Assembly (NCBI GenBank): GCA_963663545.1
Contig: OY760505.1
Location: 960,001-1,024,000, forward strand
From: Candidatus Delongbacteria bacterium
Lineage (GTDB): Bacteria; CAIWAD01
Length of the DNA: 64,000 nucleotides
Direction of reading: 5' to 3'
The notes beneath the pieces are model-generated. The model saw only the letters and a program-made list of their open reading frames with translations, did no database searches and was not told the origin of the DNA. Each line of letters begins with the position of its first letter. The first letter of the stretch is position 1. Both the position numbers and the translations under genes were made by a program. Positions 36,817 through 45,695 of this stretch are shown here, piece after piece.

Positions 36817-39012
36817 CTACTTCATCAGACTTACCGGTAACACACGAGCGCCGTCGGGGAAGCGCGCCATCATGAAGTACGTACCACTGGCCACGGGCAC
36901 ACCGCGTGTATCACGTCCGTCCCACTGCAGCTGGTGCTCGCCGGCGGCAAACTCGCGATGAGCAAGTTCTGTAACACGGCGGCCCATCAGATCGTAAACG
37001 GCAACTTCCACAAGACCGGCCTGAGCACAACGGAAACTCAGCGTCGTGCTGGGATTGAAAGGATTGGGCGCACAGCTTAGCAGCTCGAAGCCAGCGGGCG
37101 TATCACGCGGCGCTTCCACGGAAACGTTGATCTGTGATACATCATACAGTGCCAGACGGGGATACTCGTTCACAAACAGGCAATCATCGTGTAGCTGCAA
37201 ATTCCAGGCTGTAACAGGAAGATGTGCAGTTCCGATAAACACTGGGGCACTGTAATCACGATTGTCATAGAAGTGAAGCTCCAGCTCATCAGCCTCAGGT
37301 TCGGGCGAGTCGCAAAGGCTTAGCAGGAGTTCATCGCCGAGCATTAGTGGCCCATGATTCACGCTGACCCGCACATTCGGTAGCGGATGAAGCTGTAGAT
37401 TCTCATCGGGAAGGCCATCCAGCGAGGCAACACTCAACTCACCGTTTGTATCACGCACATAGAGCAAATTGCCGTGGATCTCCCAATCGCCCAGGAACTC
37501 ATCAAGCAACATAGTTGCCTGATATCCTGCCCCCTGCTGCTCAAGCATCCAAAGGGCGAAGGGGTTACAGGAATTGTAAATCAGCTTGTCCCCGGCAGCG
37601 GCAATCTGGATCGGCTGTCCCGCTTCAAGCTCCCATGAATGGGCCAGGCTGATATTGGCAGGATCCTGTAAGTCATAAAACCGAATCTGGCTACCTGTTG
37701 GATAGACCAGATAGTCTTGCCAAACAAAGGGAATAGCCGATTGACGGCGCCCCTCAAGATCAATCCTATCCAGCGAAACCGGATGCGCAGGATCCCGCAA
37801 GTCGAAGACGGAGATATAGTCTTCCATCAACCTGAGAACATACACATAGCCTTCATGCTCCAACATGCGAGAAGCGTTGAAACTCGGACAAGAAGCTACA
37901 TGAACGGGTGCGGCGGGATCGTGCAGATCAACGATGGTCAAGCCAGCAAACTGCAGGTAGACGGCATATTCTCCAAGGCGCAGATAATCGCGCAGTCCGA
38001 GGTGGGATAAACCAGCTTGTGTCTGCACCTCCCCGGGTTCTGCCAAAGAAATGACCTGCAGGCCATCCTCTTCTGCCGCCAGATAGGCGTTCTCACCAAC
38101 CAACTGAAAGCGATCATAGTACAGCTCGGTGCTAACATAGTCGGCTGAGATGAAGGGTGCTGCCGGATCAGTAAGATCCAGTGCAGCCAGCCTGCGGGCG
38201 CCGCTACCCCAACTCATGTACACCGTTCCATTCTGCTGGTGCAAGACTTTGCTTCCCGGCAGCCCTGTCAGCGTCGCTGTCACCTGCATGCTGTTCAAAT
38301 CAATCAAGGCAAATGTGCTCGCCAAACCCAGACAGGCAAGATCACCAAAAAGCATCACGTCCTTCATGTACCCAAGGTCGGAGCCGCCATTGATTTCCGT
38401 TCGGCGAATCACCGGCTCCGCAGGATTGCTCAGATCGTAGCAAACAAGACCAGAATTGCCGTTTGCCACCAGGAGCACGTTCTCTTCCAGATCCAGACTA
38501 GTGCAGTAGTGATCCGCAAGGTAGTTGGCCAGAAGCACGGGTTCGTCGGGCGCTGCTAGATCAAAAAGCAGCAAGTGCCAGTCATCGGAATCGTCAAGGG
38601 ACCTGGCGCTTACAATCAGACGATCCCCGTCTAGATCCAAGTCCAAGACGTACATGTCAGGATCGATTCTGCAGAGCTGCTGCGGAAGCAGCGGATCATC
38701 GAGGTTGTATAGGACCACTTCCTCGCGGTTGCAGTTGACAGCAAGCAGATTGTTGTCACACGCGATATCCTGTGCATAGATGCCTACTCTGCCAACGACC
38801 TCTGGCTGCAACGGATCATGGGTATCGACGATACGGATGCCGTCAATTCGATTGGCAAGGTAGGTGTATCCGTCTCTTGTGAAAATGTCATAGCTGCCCT
38901 CTTCCCAGAAACGGGAATCCGCTCCCAGCAACGGCAGTGTCAACTCCTGAGCCAGAATTGGTGATACAAAAAGTGTCAGCAGTGCGAAAGTTATCATGTG
39001 CTTATTCATCAC
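36817..39012 (-). CDS. Secreted LVIVD-repeat beta-propeller protein with FlgD-Ig/T9SS-A-like CTD (array copy 1 by coordinate)
   Basis: Signal peptide; repeated GLxxxDxSxPxxP units; CAPNPFNPSTT...WDGRD..G..VASGTYF..SLMK. Confidence 0.85.
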   Translation of the reverse strand: MMNKHMITFALLTLFVSPILAQELTLPLLGADSRFWEEGSYDIFTRDGYTYLANRIDGIRIVDTHDPLQPEVVGRVGIYAQDIACDNNLLAVNCNREEVVLYNLDDPLLPQQLCRIDPDMYVLDLDLDGDRLIVSARSLDDSDDWHLLLFDLAAPDEPVLLANYLADHYCTSLDLEENVLLVANGNSGLVCYDLSNPAEPVIRRTEINGGSDLGYMKDVMLFGDLACLGLASTFALIDLNSMQVTATLTGLPGSKVLHQQNGTVYMSWGSGARRLAALDLTDPAAPFISADYVSTELYYDRFQLVGENAYLAAEEDGLQVISLAEPGEVQTQAGLSHLGLRDYLRLGEYAVYLQFAGLTIVDLHDPAAPVHVASCPSFNASRMLEHEGYVYVLRLMEDYISVFDLRDPAHPVSLDRIDLEGRRQSAIPFVWQDYLVYPTGSQIRFYDLQDPANISLAHSWELEAGQPIQIAAAGDKLIYNSCNPFALWMLEQQGAGYQATMLLDEFLGDWEIHGNLLYVRDTNGELSVASLDGLPDENLQLHPLPNVRVSVNHGPLMLGDELLLSLCDSPEPEADELELHFYDNRDYSAPVFIGTAHLPVTAWNLQLHDDCLFVNEYPRLALYDVSQINVSVEAPRDTPAGFELLSCAPNPFNPSTTLSFRCAQAGLVEVAVYDLMGRRVTELAHREFAAGEHQLQWDGRDTRGVPVASGTYFMMARFPDGARVLPVSLMK

Positions 39013-39267
39013 TCTGCCCCCATTATCCGTGTCGATTGTCGCCTGTAGTACGATTCACGACTACTTCAACAGACTTACCGGTAACACACGAGCGCCATCG
39101 GGGAAGCGCGCCATCATGAAGTACGTACCACTGGCCGCAGGCACACCGCGTGTATCACGTCCGTTCCACTGCAGCTGGTGCTCGCCGGCGGCAAACTCGC
39201 GATGAGCAAGTTCTGTAACACGGCGGCCCATCAGATCATAGACGGCAACTTCCACAAGACCGGCCTG
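36817..39267. repeat. Direct repeat of about 205 bp: 36817-37023 vs 39061-39267 (CTD-coding DNA of copies 1 and 2)
   Basis: Near-identical by visual alignment, only a handful of substitutions. Confidence 0.9.
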
Positions 39268-41226
39268 CGGACAGTAGAAACTCAGCGTTGTACTTGGGTT
39301 GAAGGGATTGGGGGCACAGCTCAGCAGCTCAAATCCTGCCGGAGAAGCAGCGGGCGTCTCCACCAAAACGTTGACCTGTGATACATCATAGAAGCCGATC
39401 TCCCGACGATCCGTTACCACCAACAGTTCGTTCATCATCTGCAATCCTCGCGCATTGTCGGCAAGTGCCACGGTAGCCAGCAGCACCGGGTGGTAGGGAT
39501 CTGCGTTGTCGAAGACGCTCAAATAGTCGTGCGGATTGTCCTGCGTGGTTACGAAGAGCAGTTCGCCGTCACCAAGGACATTAGAAATGCCCAGCGGAAT
39601 GTCGAAGAGATGCAAATACTCGAAGTCCAAGTCCTGCGGCAGATCGCTGAGAGCGGCGACGCGCAGGTCCTGGTACTGTTTCCGATAGAGATAATCGCCG
39701 ATCACATACAAGCCTTCGCCGTAGTAGTAAGGGAAATCAAGCACCATTTCCATGCTCTCTTCCCAATTGCGCCAGACCCGCAGCGGCCCGGAATTGCTGC
39801 CACATGTGATCAGATACTCGTTCCAGAAGCTGTACACTAGATCGCCATTTCCGTCCCAGTTGTAATGGAACACTTCTTCGATGGCCGTGGGCGTGGAAGC
39901 ATCCAGCAGCGAAAAGCCATCATCAAGGGTGGCCACAATTCGCCCACTCCAGAAAAACAGGTCCGTGGGTGGGAAGACATGGTTCCACTCGATCTCGGCT
40001 TCCATCCATGCCGGATGCATAGGATCACTCAGATCCACCAGTCGCAGCGCAAGATCACCGCCACAGCTGAGCAGTGCCTTGTCCTCCAGTTTTAGGACGC
40101 TGTTGCAGGGAGTGACCTCCAGATAGCCCCCCAACTGTGGATGCTCCAGATCCCTGATATCCACACTGCGAATGCCATTGTATTCCGACACCAACAGGTA
40201 ATCGCCCATGCACGCAAAATCCGCGTAGAAGCCAGACTGATTCAACACGCCAACTTCCTGCATGTTGTCAGCATCCTGCACATCAACCACGCGCAGGCCA
40301 TAACTGTAATCCGCACAATAGGCATAGCCATCCCGCACCTGGAAGTTAATTAGGTCTGCAGGTGGTGCATACTCACTGCGTATCACGGGCGAGGCTGGAT
40401 TGCTCAGATCAATGGCGGCGATCGGACAATCTGGGTCGCCATAGGCCACATAGCAGATCTCATCTTCCATGTGCACTTGCATGGCAACAGCCACATCCTG
40501 TAGTTCGGCAACTTTGCTTGTGGTCTCCAGATCGACTACCACTAGGCCGCTCTCACCTGCGGCCAGGCAGGCGTAGTGACCGTAGAATGCAGCATCGGCG
40601 GCGTAATTGTTGGGTTCTAGCTCGACACTTCCGACCAGGACCGGATTGTCGGTGTCGCTCAGGTCGATGTGCTTGAAGGCCGGTGAGTTGCTGCACACCA
40701 GCAGATCATTTCCCCTGAGCACCAGGTCGCTGATCCAACCGCTGAGCAAACCGCTGTAATGGCCGATTTCCACCGGATGCTCAAGATCGCTGATATCAAA
40801 GAGGTAGAGATCGCTGTCGGGATGGTGATCGCAGACCGCCAGCGTGCGGCCGTCCACTGCCGCGATGAAGTAATCTCCGGGGATTTCAATCGTGGTACGT
40901 TGCACAGGCGCGGCGGGATTTTCCAGACTGAAAAGCCTAAGCCCATTACCACTTGTTACCAGGCACTCCTCACCAGTTTCGTAATACACCCCGTCCTGCT
41001 CCGGGATGCGCAGCACCTCAAAAGGCGCAGCGGGATCCTGCACATTCACCACGCTTATTTCGCGAAAGCCTAGGCAGAGATAGGCGTAGTCTCCGTAGAC
41101 GGCCACATTCTGAACGCCTGAAGGCCAGATGTAATCCAGGCGACCAGCCACTACAGGATCCTCAGCCCGGGAAGCGAGTGGTAGCAGCACTCCCAGAGCA
41201 ATCAAACAACAGAGTCGTAACCTCAT
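39061..41226 (-). CDS. Secreted LVIVD-repeat protein with FlgD-Ig/T9SS-A-like CTD (copy 2)
   Basis: Signal peptide; GLRVVDV and DISDxxHP repeats; PNPFNPSTT CTD. Confidence 0.85.
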   Translation of the reverse strand: MRLRLCCLIALGVLLPLASRAEDPVVAGRLDYIWPSGVQNVAVYGDYAYLCLGFREISVVNVQDPAAPFEVLRIPEQDGVYYETGEECLVTSGNGLRLFSLENPAAPVQRTTIEIPGDYFIAAVDGRTLAVCDHHPDSDLYLFDISDLEHPVEIGHYSGLLSGWISDLVLRGNDLLVCSNSPAFKHIDLSDTDNPVLVGSVELEPNNYAADAAFYGHYACLAAGESGLVVVDLETTSKVAELQDVAVAMQVHMEDEICYVAYGDPDCPIAAIDLSNPASPVIRSEYAPPADLINFQVRDGYAYCADYSYGLRVVDVQDADNMQEVGVLNQSGFYADFACMGDYLLVSEYNGIRSVDIRDLEHPQLGGYLEVTPCNSVLKLEDKALLSCGGDLALRLVDLSDPMHPAWMEAEIEWNHVFPPTDLFFWSGRIVATLDDGFSLLDASTPTAIEEVFHYNWDGNGDLVYSFWNEYLITCGSNSGPLRVWRNWEESMEMVLDFPYYYGEGLYVIGDYLYRKQYQDLRVAALSDLPQDLDFEYLHLFDIPLGISNVLGDGELLFVTTQDNPHDYLSVFDNADPYHPVLLATVALADNARGLQMMNELLVVTDRREIGFYDVSQVNVLVETPAASPAGFELLSCAPNPFNPSTTLSFYCPQAGLVEVAVYDLMGRRVTELAHREFAAGEHQLQWNGRDTRGVPAASGTYFMMARFPDGARVLPVSLLK

Positions 41227-41282
41227 GATAGGCTCCTAATACTGGGGGGACAGCGGTCTACCCCGGTGACACATCAGTACAA

Positions 41283-43460
41283 TTACTTGAGCAGTGTCAC
41301 TGTCTGAGCGCGTGATCCATCGGGAAAACGAGCAACAATGAAGTAAGTACCGCTGGCCACGTTGACGCCCTGTGTGTCACGCCCATTCCAGCTGATTTTA
41401 TGTTCGCCGGCGTTGAAGTCGCCGTGTGCAAGACTTGTGATACGCTTGCCCAATAGATTGTAGACCGTCAGCTCAACCTTGGCGGCCTGCGGGCAGGTGA
41501 AGGAAACCGTCGTGCTGGGATTGAAGGGATTGGGATAGCAGGCGTGTAGCTCGAAACCACCTGGAGCTACAGCTGGCGTTTCAATGGCAACGTCAAGCTG
41601 TGATACATCGTAGATATCGAGGTCGTAATACTGATCGACGTAGAGACGATCCTCTGTTGCCTGCAGACAGCGGGCGAAATACTCGGTAGGAATACTGCCC
41701 AACAAGACTGGTGAAACAGGATTGCGGTTGTCGTAAATGTGGACACGGAAGCGCTCGGGGACAGCGGAGGCCATGTAGAGAAAATCGCCATGTAGCGCCA
41801 TGCTGGTTCCGTAATAGTCATTTTCGAGGCCAGCGACAAGCTGGACTTCCAGCGGCCCATCGGGCAGGACGCTTAGATCCGCCACACGCCAGGCGTCCCA
41901 GTTTTCCAGGTAGAGCAGATTGCCAAAAGCCCTGCAGTCCGAATACACTTCTTCCAGCAGGGTTGTGATCTGGACTTCGTCCTCCACCATCCGAACCAGA
42001 TGCAGATCCCAAGTGAGACCGCCATGTACCACCATCATATCCTGCCAGGTGAACAGGTCGACAACATAATTGTCGAATCCGGCCAACGTGTCGGCCAGGA
42101 AGATGTTGGCGGGGTCCTGGATGTCATACATCAACAGCCCCGCCTCGCTGGGAACCACAAAGCAGTTGTTCCAGACGCACATGCGACCGCCATTGTATTC
42201 TGGAACTTCGATACGGGACAGTTCAACAGGTGATTCGGGATTGCTCATATCGAGACAAACCAACAAGTCGTAGGCCGATAGTGCAAAGAGCAGATTGTTG
42301 TGCTGCAGTGGATAGCGGCCATGGAGACAGGCTGTTTGCCAGACAGAGTGTTGCTGCTGCAAATCACTCAGGTCCCGCACATGTAATCCAGCGGTTTCAA
42401 AGGCCACGGCATATTGGTCGATCACGGTGTACAGGTCCCAGTCTCCGTGGTCGGAGAAATAGGCGACTTCATGCAGGTTGTCGGGATCCTCAAGTGAGAC
42501 TACGCGCACACCGTAGGCTTGACCGGCGCAATAGGCAAACTCTCCGCTGATGCAGAAGAAGTCGACGTCAAAGTCCGGTGCGTACTCGCTGCGCACGAAG
42601 GGCGCAGTTGGATCACTAATGTCGATGGCCGCCACAGGACAATCCTCGGCACCGTAGCTCAAGTAAACCAACTCGCCATCGGTGCGCACTTGATACGCAG
42701 TATAGAGCTCTTCAATACTGCCGACGGGCTGCATGGTGTCAAGGTCGACCAGATAGAAGCCGTTTCCCGCACCGATACAAGCGTGCTCTCCGAAGCCCAG
42801 GACACCAAATGCGTAACCGCTACCTTCGGGCAAGGCTACTGTCTGTGATACAGGGTGTTCCAAATCGCTGAGATCTACACAGATCAGGCCGCGGTTGCCA
42901 GCAGCGACCAGCAGCCGGTCACCGTTCAGCTCCAGATCGTAACAGAAGCCAAAGAGCCCGGCGTAATGCGCCAACACAACGGGTGTTGCGGGATCGCTAA
43001 GGTCGTAAAGCAGCAGATCGTCAACGATCTCCCGGCCCACCGTATGATAGCCCCAAACAGCCAGGCGGGACTGATTCAGATCGATCTGCGAAATCGCGAT
43101 TTCCGGTGACAGCGTCGTCAGCAACTCCGGTGATGCGGGGTTCGTCAGACTGAAAACAATCACCGTAGGATCACTCAGGCAACGAGCCGCCAGCAGTGTA
43201 CCTTCAACTTCCAACTCTTCGCAGTCGATGTCGGGCAAGTGGGTTACTTCTTCGGGATGCAGCGGATCGCTTACATTCAATACTCGCATCCCTTCGTGCT
43301 CTTGCGCCAAATAGAGATAGTTCTGCAGAACCCGGACATCACTTACTCCATCCTGCCACATGTGTGTATCACGGCCCAGGAGCTCGGGAACCTGCTCCTG
43401 AGCTGTGACACAAGAAGCGACGAGAAGTGTGACACAAAGTGTTGTATTCCAGTTCATCAT
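41283..43460 (-). CDS. Secreted LVIVD-repeat protein with FlgD-Ig/T9SS-A-like CTD (copy 3)
   Basis: Same architecture; CYPNPFNPSTT...VTLLK. Confidence 0.85.
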   Translation of the reverse strand: MMNWNTTLCVTLLVASCVTAQEQVPELLGRDTHMWQDGVSDVRVLQNYLYLAQEHEGMRVLNVSDPLHPEEVTHLPDIDCEELEVEGTLLAARCLSDPTVIVFSLTNPASPELLTTLSPEIAISQIDLNQSRLAVWGYHTVGREIVDDLLLYDLSDPATPVVLAHYAGLFGFCYDLELNGDRLLVAAGNRGLICVDLSDLEHPVSQTVALPEGSGYAFGVLGFGEHACIGAGNGFYLVDLDTMQPVGSIEELYTAYQVRTDGELVYLSYGAEDCPVAAIDISDPTAPFVRSEYAPDFDVDFFCISGEFAYCAGQAYGVRVVSLEDPDNLHEVAYFSDHGDWDLYTVIDQYAVAFETAGLHVRDLSDLQQQHSVWQTACLHGRYPLQHNNLLFALSAYDLLVCLDMSNPESPVELSRIEVPEYNGGRMCVWNNCFVVPSEAGLLMYDIQDPANIFLADTLAGFDNYVVDLFTWQDMMVVHGGLTWDLHLVRMVEDEVQITTLLEEVYSDCRAFGNLLYLENWDAWRVADLSVLPDGPLEVQLVAGLENDYYGTSMALHGDFLYMASAVPERFRVHIYDNRNPVSPVLLGSIPTEYFARCLQATEDRLYVDQYYDLDIYDVSQLDVAIETPAVAPGGFELHACYPNPFNPSTTVSFTCPQAAKVELTVYNLLGKRITSLAHGDFNAGEHKISWNGRDTQGVNVASGTYFIVARFPDGSRAQTVTLLK

Positions 43461-43505
43461 CGTCTCCCTATTAGAGTGGTGTCTGACACCACAGTGGCGT
43501 TGTTG

Positions 43506-45695
43506 TTACTTAAGCAGCGTCACCGCCCTCACCTGGCCGCCATCAGGAAACTCGGCCACAATGAAATAGCTGCCACTGGCTACGGTTCGTCCATTCGTAT
43601 CACGCCCCTCCCAGGTGATACTATGCTCACCGGCAGCGAACTCCTGATCAGCAAGGGTCGTGATACGGCGTCCCAACAGATTGTAAACGGCGAGCTTCAC
43701 TTGTGCCGTGCGCGGGCAAGTGAAGTTCAGCGTAGTACTCGGATTGAAGGGGTTGGGAAAGCACTCTTGCAGGACATAGCCTGACGGCAGAGGATTGCCC
43801 TGTGATACATTCAACATGAACTGTGATCCATCGTAGATCTCGACATGTCGAGGAAAGCTCACGATCAGATGATCGTCAAACACATTGACGTCAAAGGAAT
43901 ACTCGTCCAGGACCATATAGTCGAGCAACTGTGGCTGAAGCGGATTGCTGTTGTCGAAAACACCAAGGCGGAAAAACTCGTCTTCAGGCTCCGCTACGAT
44001 CCGGGGTCTGAAGCGCATCAGTATCAAATCATCAACGGCAACATAGGGACACAAACCACGATAGTCGCCTAGTCCAGTAAGAGTCTGGAACTCCAGTTGC
44101 CCCCCCGCCAACGAATTCAAATCAGCGATCTGCAATTCTTCGGTAGCGGTAATATTGTAGAGCTTGTCGCCAGCTAAAACGATGCCGCATGTTTGCAGAT
44201 CCAGAGTCTGAGTCCGCACTGGCGAAGCGCCGGAACAGTCAAAAAGCACCACTGTTCCCTCTAACGTGTTGCGCACAAATAGCTGGTCACCGTAGGCCAG
44301 TAGTACTGCTGCTGAAGACAAGCCGGAATCAAGCTCAACGTCTATCTGGAGTTGCTGCGGATTCTGTGCATCAAGGAACAGCAGGTCTGTACCCGCCGCC
44401 GCAACCAGCCACTGGCCACATCGCACGAGAGCGCCTGAAAGTCGCTCATCGGCAAAATACCCGCACTCTTCAAGAGCGTTCGAATCCTGAAGATCAAGAG
44501 TAATGATTTCGCGTCTGTAGCTGGACAGAAAGGCAATGTCCTCCTCAACCAAGAGACAGGCGGTGCTGGTCCCACTTAGGAACCTCCCAAGCTCAGGTTG
44601 ATGCGGATCAGCAAGATCGACCAAACGTACGCCGCTGGACTCAACAAGAAACAGCTGATCGCCAAAGCCCTCACTACGAGATACAGGACCAGCCAGTGAG
44701 TAAGATGTCCCTTCAAACAACTCGTCCGAATCGTTGTGCTGCAGAACACTGAAGCCAGCATCATGATTCGCCAGCAAAATGCGGTCGCTACCTACAAAGA
44801 AGTCGATTCGGTAATACGAGCGATCCAGCTCCTGTACAAGTTGCGGAGACTCAGGTGTACTTAGATCGAATTCACAGAAGCACAAGCCGTTGCCGACAGC
44901 AGAGGCGTAGAGCTTGTCTCCCGAGCACTGGATATCTAAGAGGTGAACCGGCAACGTCAGCGTGTTACTTAACTCCAGAGTCTCGGTGTTGTAGACATAG
45001 AGGTTGGAACTATTACATCTCACATACAGATACTCTTCTGTACTCGTCACATGGGTGGAAGCGGGCGCATCGAGGAAGTTCTCTGAACAATCCAGGTATG
45101 GATGAACCGGATCGCTGAAATCAAGCACGAAGAGGTGGGGATTTCCGGTAGCAGTGAAGAGCCGGGTTCCCTGCAGATTCAGATCCCAGACGTGCTCAAT
45201 CATGTCTGTGTAATACACAATAGGATCTGGTTCAGTCGGACTACTGATATCGTAGATTGAGATTATAGTTCGCGACCACCAAGCATCAGTGGTACCTACC
45301 AGGGCGAGATGCTCTTCATTTATGCAGAACTGATCCAAACTGAAATCGAGTTCGAGTGTGGCACACAAGACCGGCGCGGCTGGATTGGCCAAGGAGTAGA
45401 TATAGAAACCGGTCGATGTACTAATGAAAAGAGCCTGGCCGTTGCTATCAATCTGTCTCACGTAGTCAAAATCCAATCGGGCCAACTCTTGGACGTTTTC
45501 TAGATCACTAGCGTCAAATACTCGAACGCCCTCACATTCATGAGCCGAGTAAACGTAGTCGCCAAATGCGCAAACGTCACTCACGCCGTACTGCCAGTAG
45601 AAGTCCAGACTCGCCAGGTGATCCGGCATCTGAGCCAACGCAAGTATGGGAAGTGAAAGTAGCGCTGCTGCGATGGAGAGTTGTGATACAGTCAT
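43506..45695 (-). CDS. Secreted LVIVD-repeat protein with FlgD-Ig/T9SS-A-like CTD (copy 4)
   Basis: Same architecture; CFPNPFNPSTT...VTLLK. Confidence 0.85.
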   Translation of the reverse strand: MTVSQLSIAAALLSLPILALAQMPDHLASLDFYWQYGVSDVCAFGDYVYSAHECEGVRVFDASDLENVQELARLDFDYVRQIDSNGQALFISTSTGFYIYSLANPAAPVLCATLELDFSLDQFCINEEHLALVGTTDAWWSRTIISIYDISSPTEPDPIVYYTDMIEHVWDLNLQGTRLFTATGNPHLFVLDFSDPVHPYLDCSENFLDAPASTHVTSTEEYLYVRCNSSNLYVYNTETLELSNTLTLPVHLLDIQCSGDKLYASAVGNGLCFCEFDLSTPESPQLVQELDRSYYRIDFFVGSDRILLANHDAGFSVLQHNDSDELFEGTSYSLAGPVSRSEGFGDQLFLVESSGVRLVDLADPHQPELGRFLSGTSTACLLVEEDIAFLSSYRREIITLDLQDSNALEECGYFADERLSGALVRCGQWLVAAAGTDLLFLDAQNPQQLQIDVELDSGLSSAAVLLAYGDQLFVRNTLEGTVVLFDCSGASPVRTQTLDLQTCGIVLAGDKLYNITATEELQIADLNSLAGGQLEFQTLTGLGDYRGLCPYVAVDDLILMRFRPRIVAEPEDEFFRLGVFDNSNPLQPQLLDYMVLDEYSFDVNVFDDHLIVSFPRHVEIYDGSQFMLNVSQGNPLPSGYVLQECFPNPFNPSTTLNFTCPRTAQVKLAVYNLLGRRITTLADQEFAAGEHSITWEGRDTNGRTVASGSYFIVAEFPDGGQVRAVTLLK

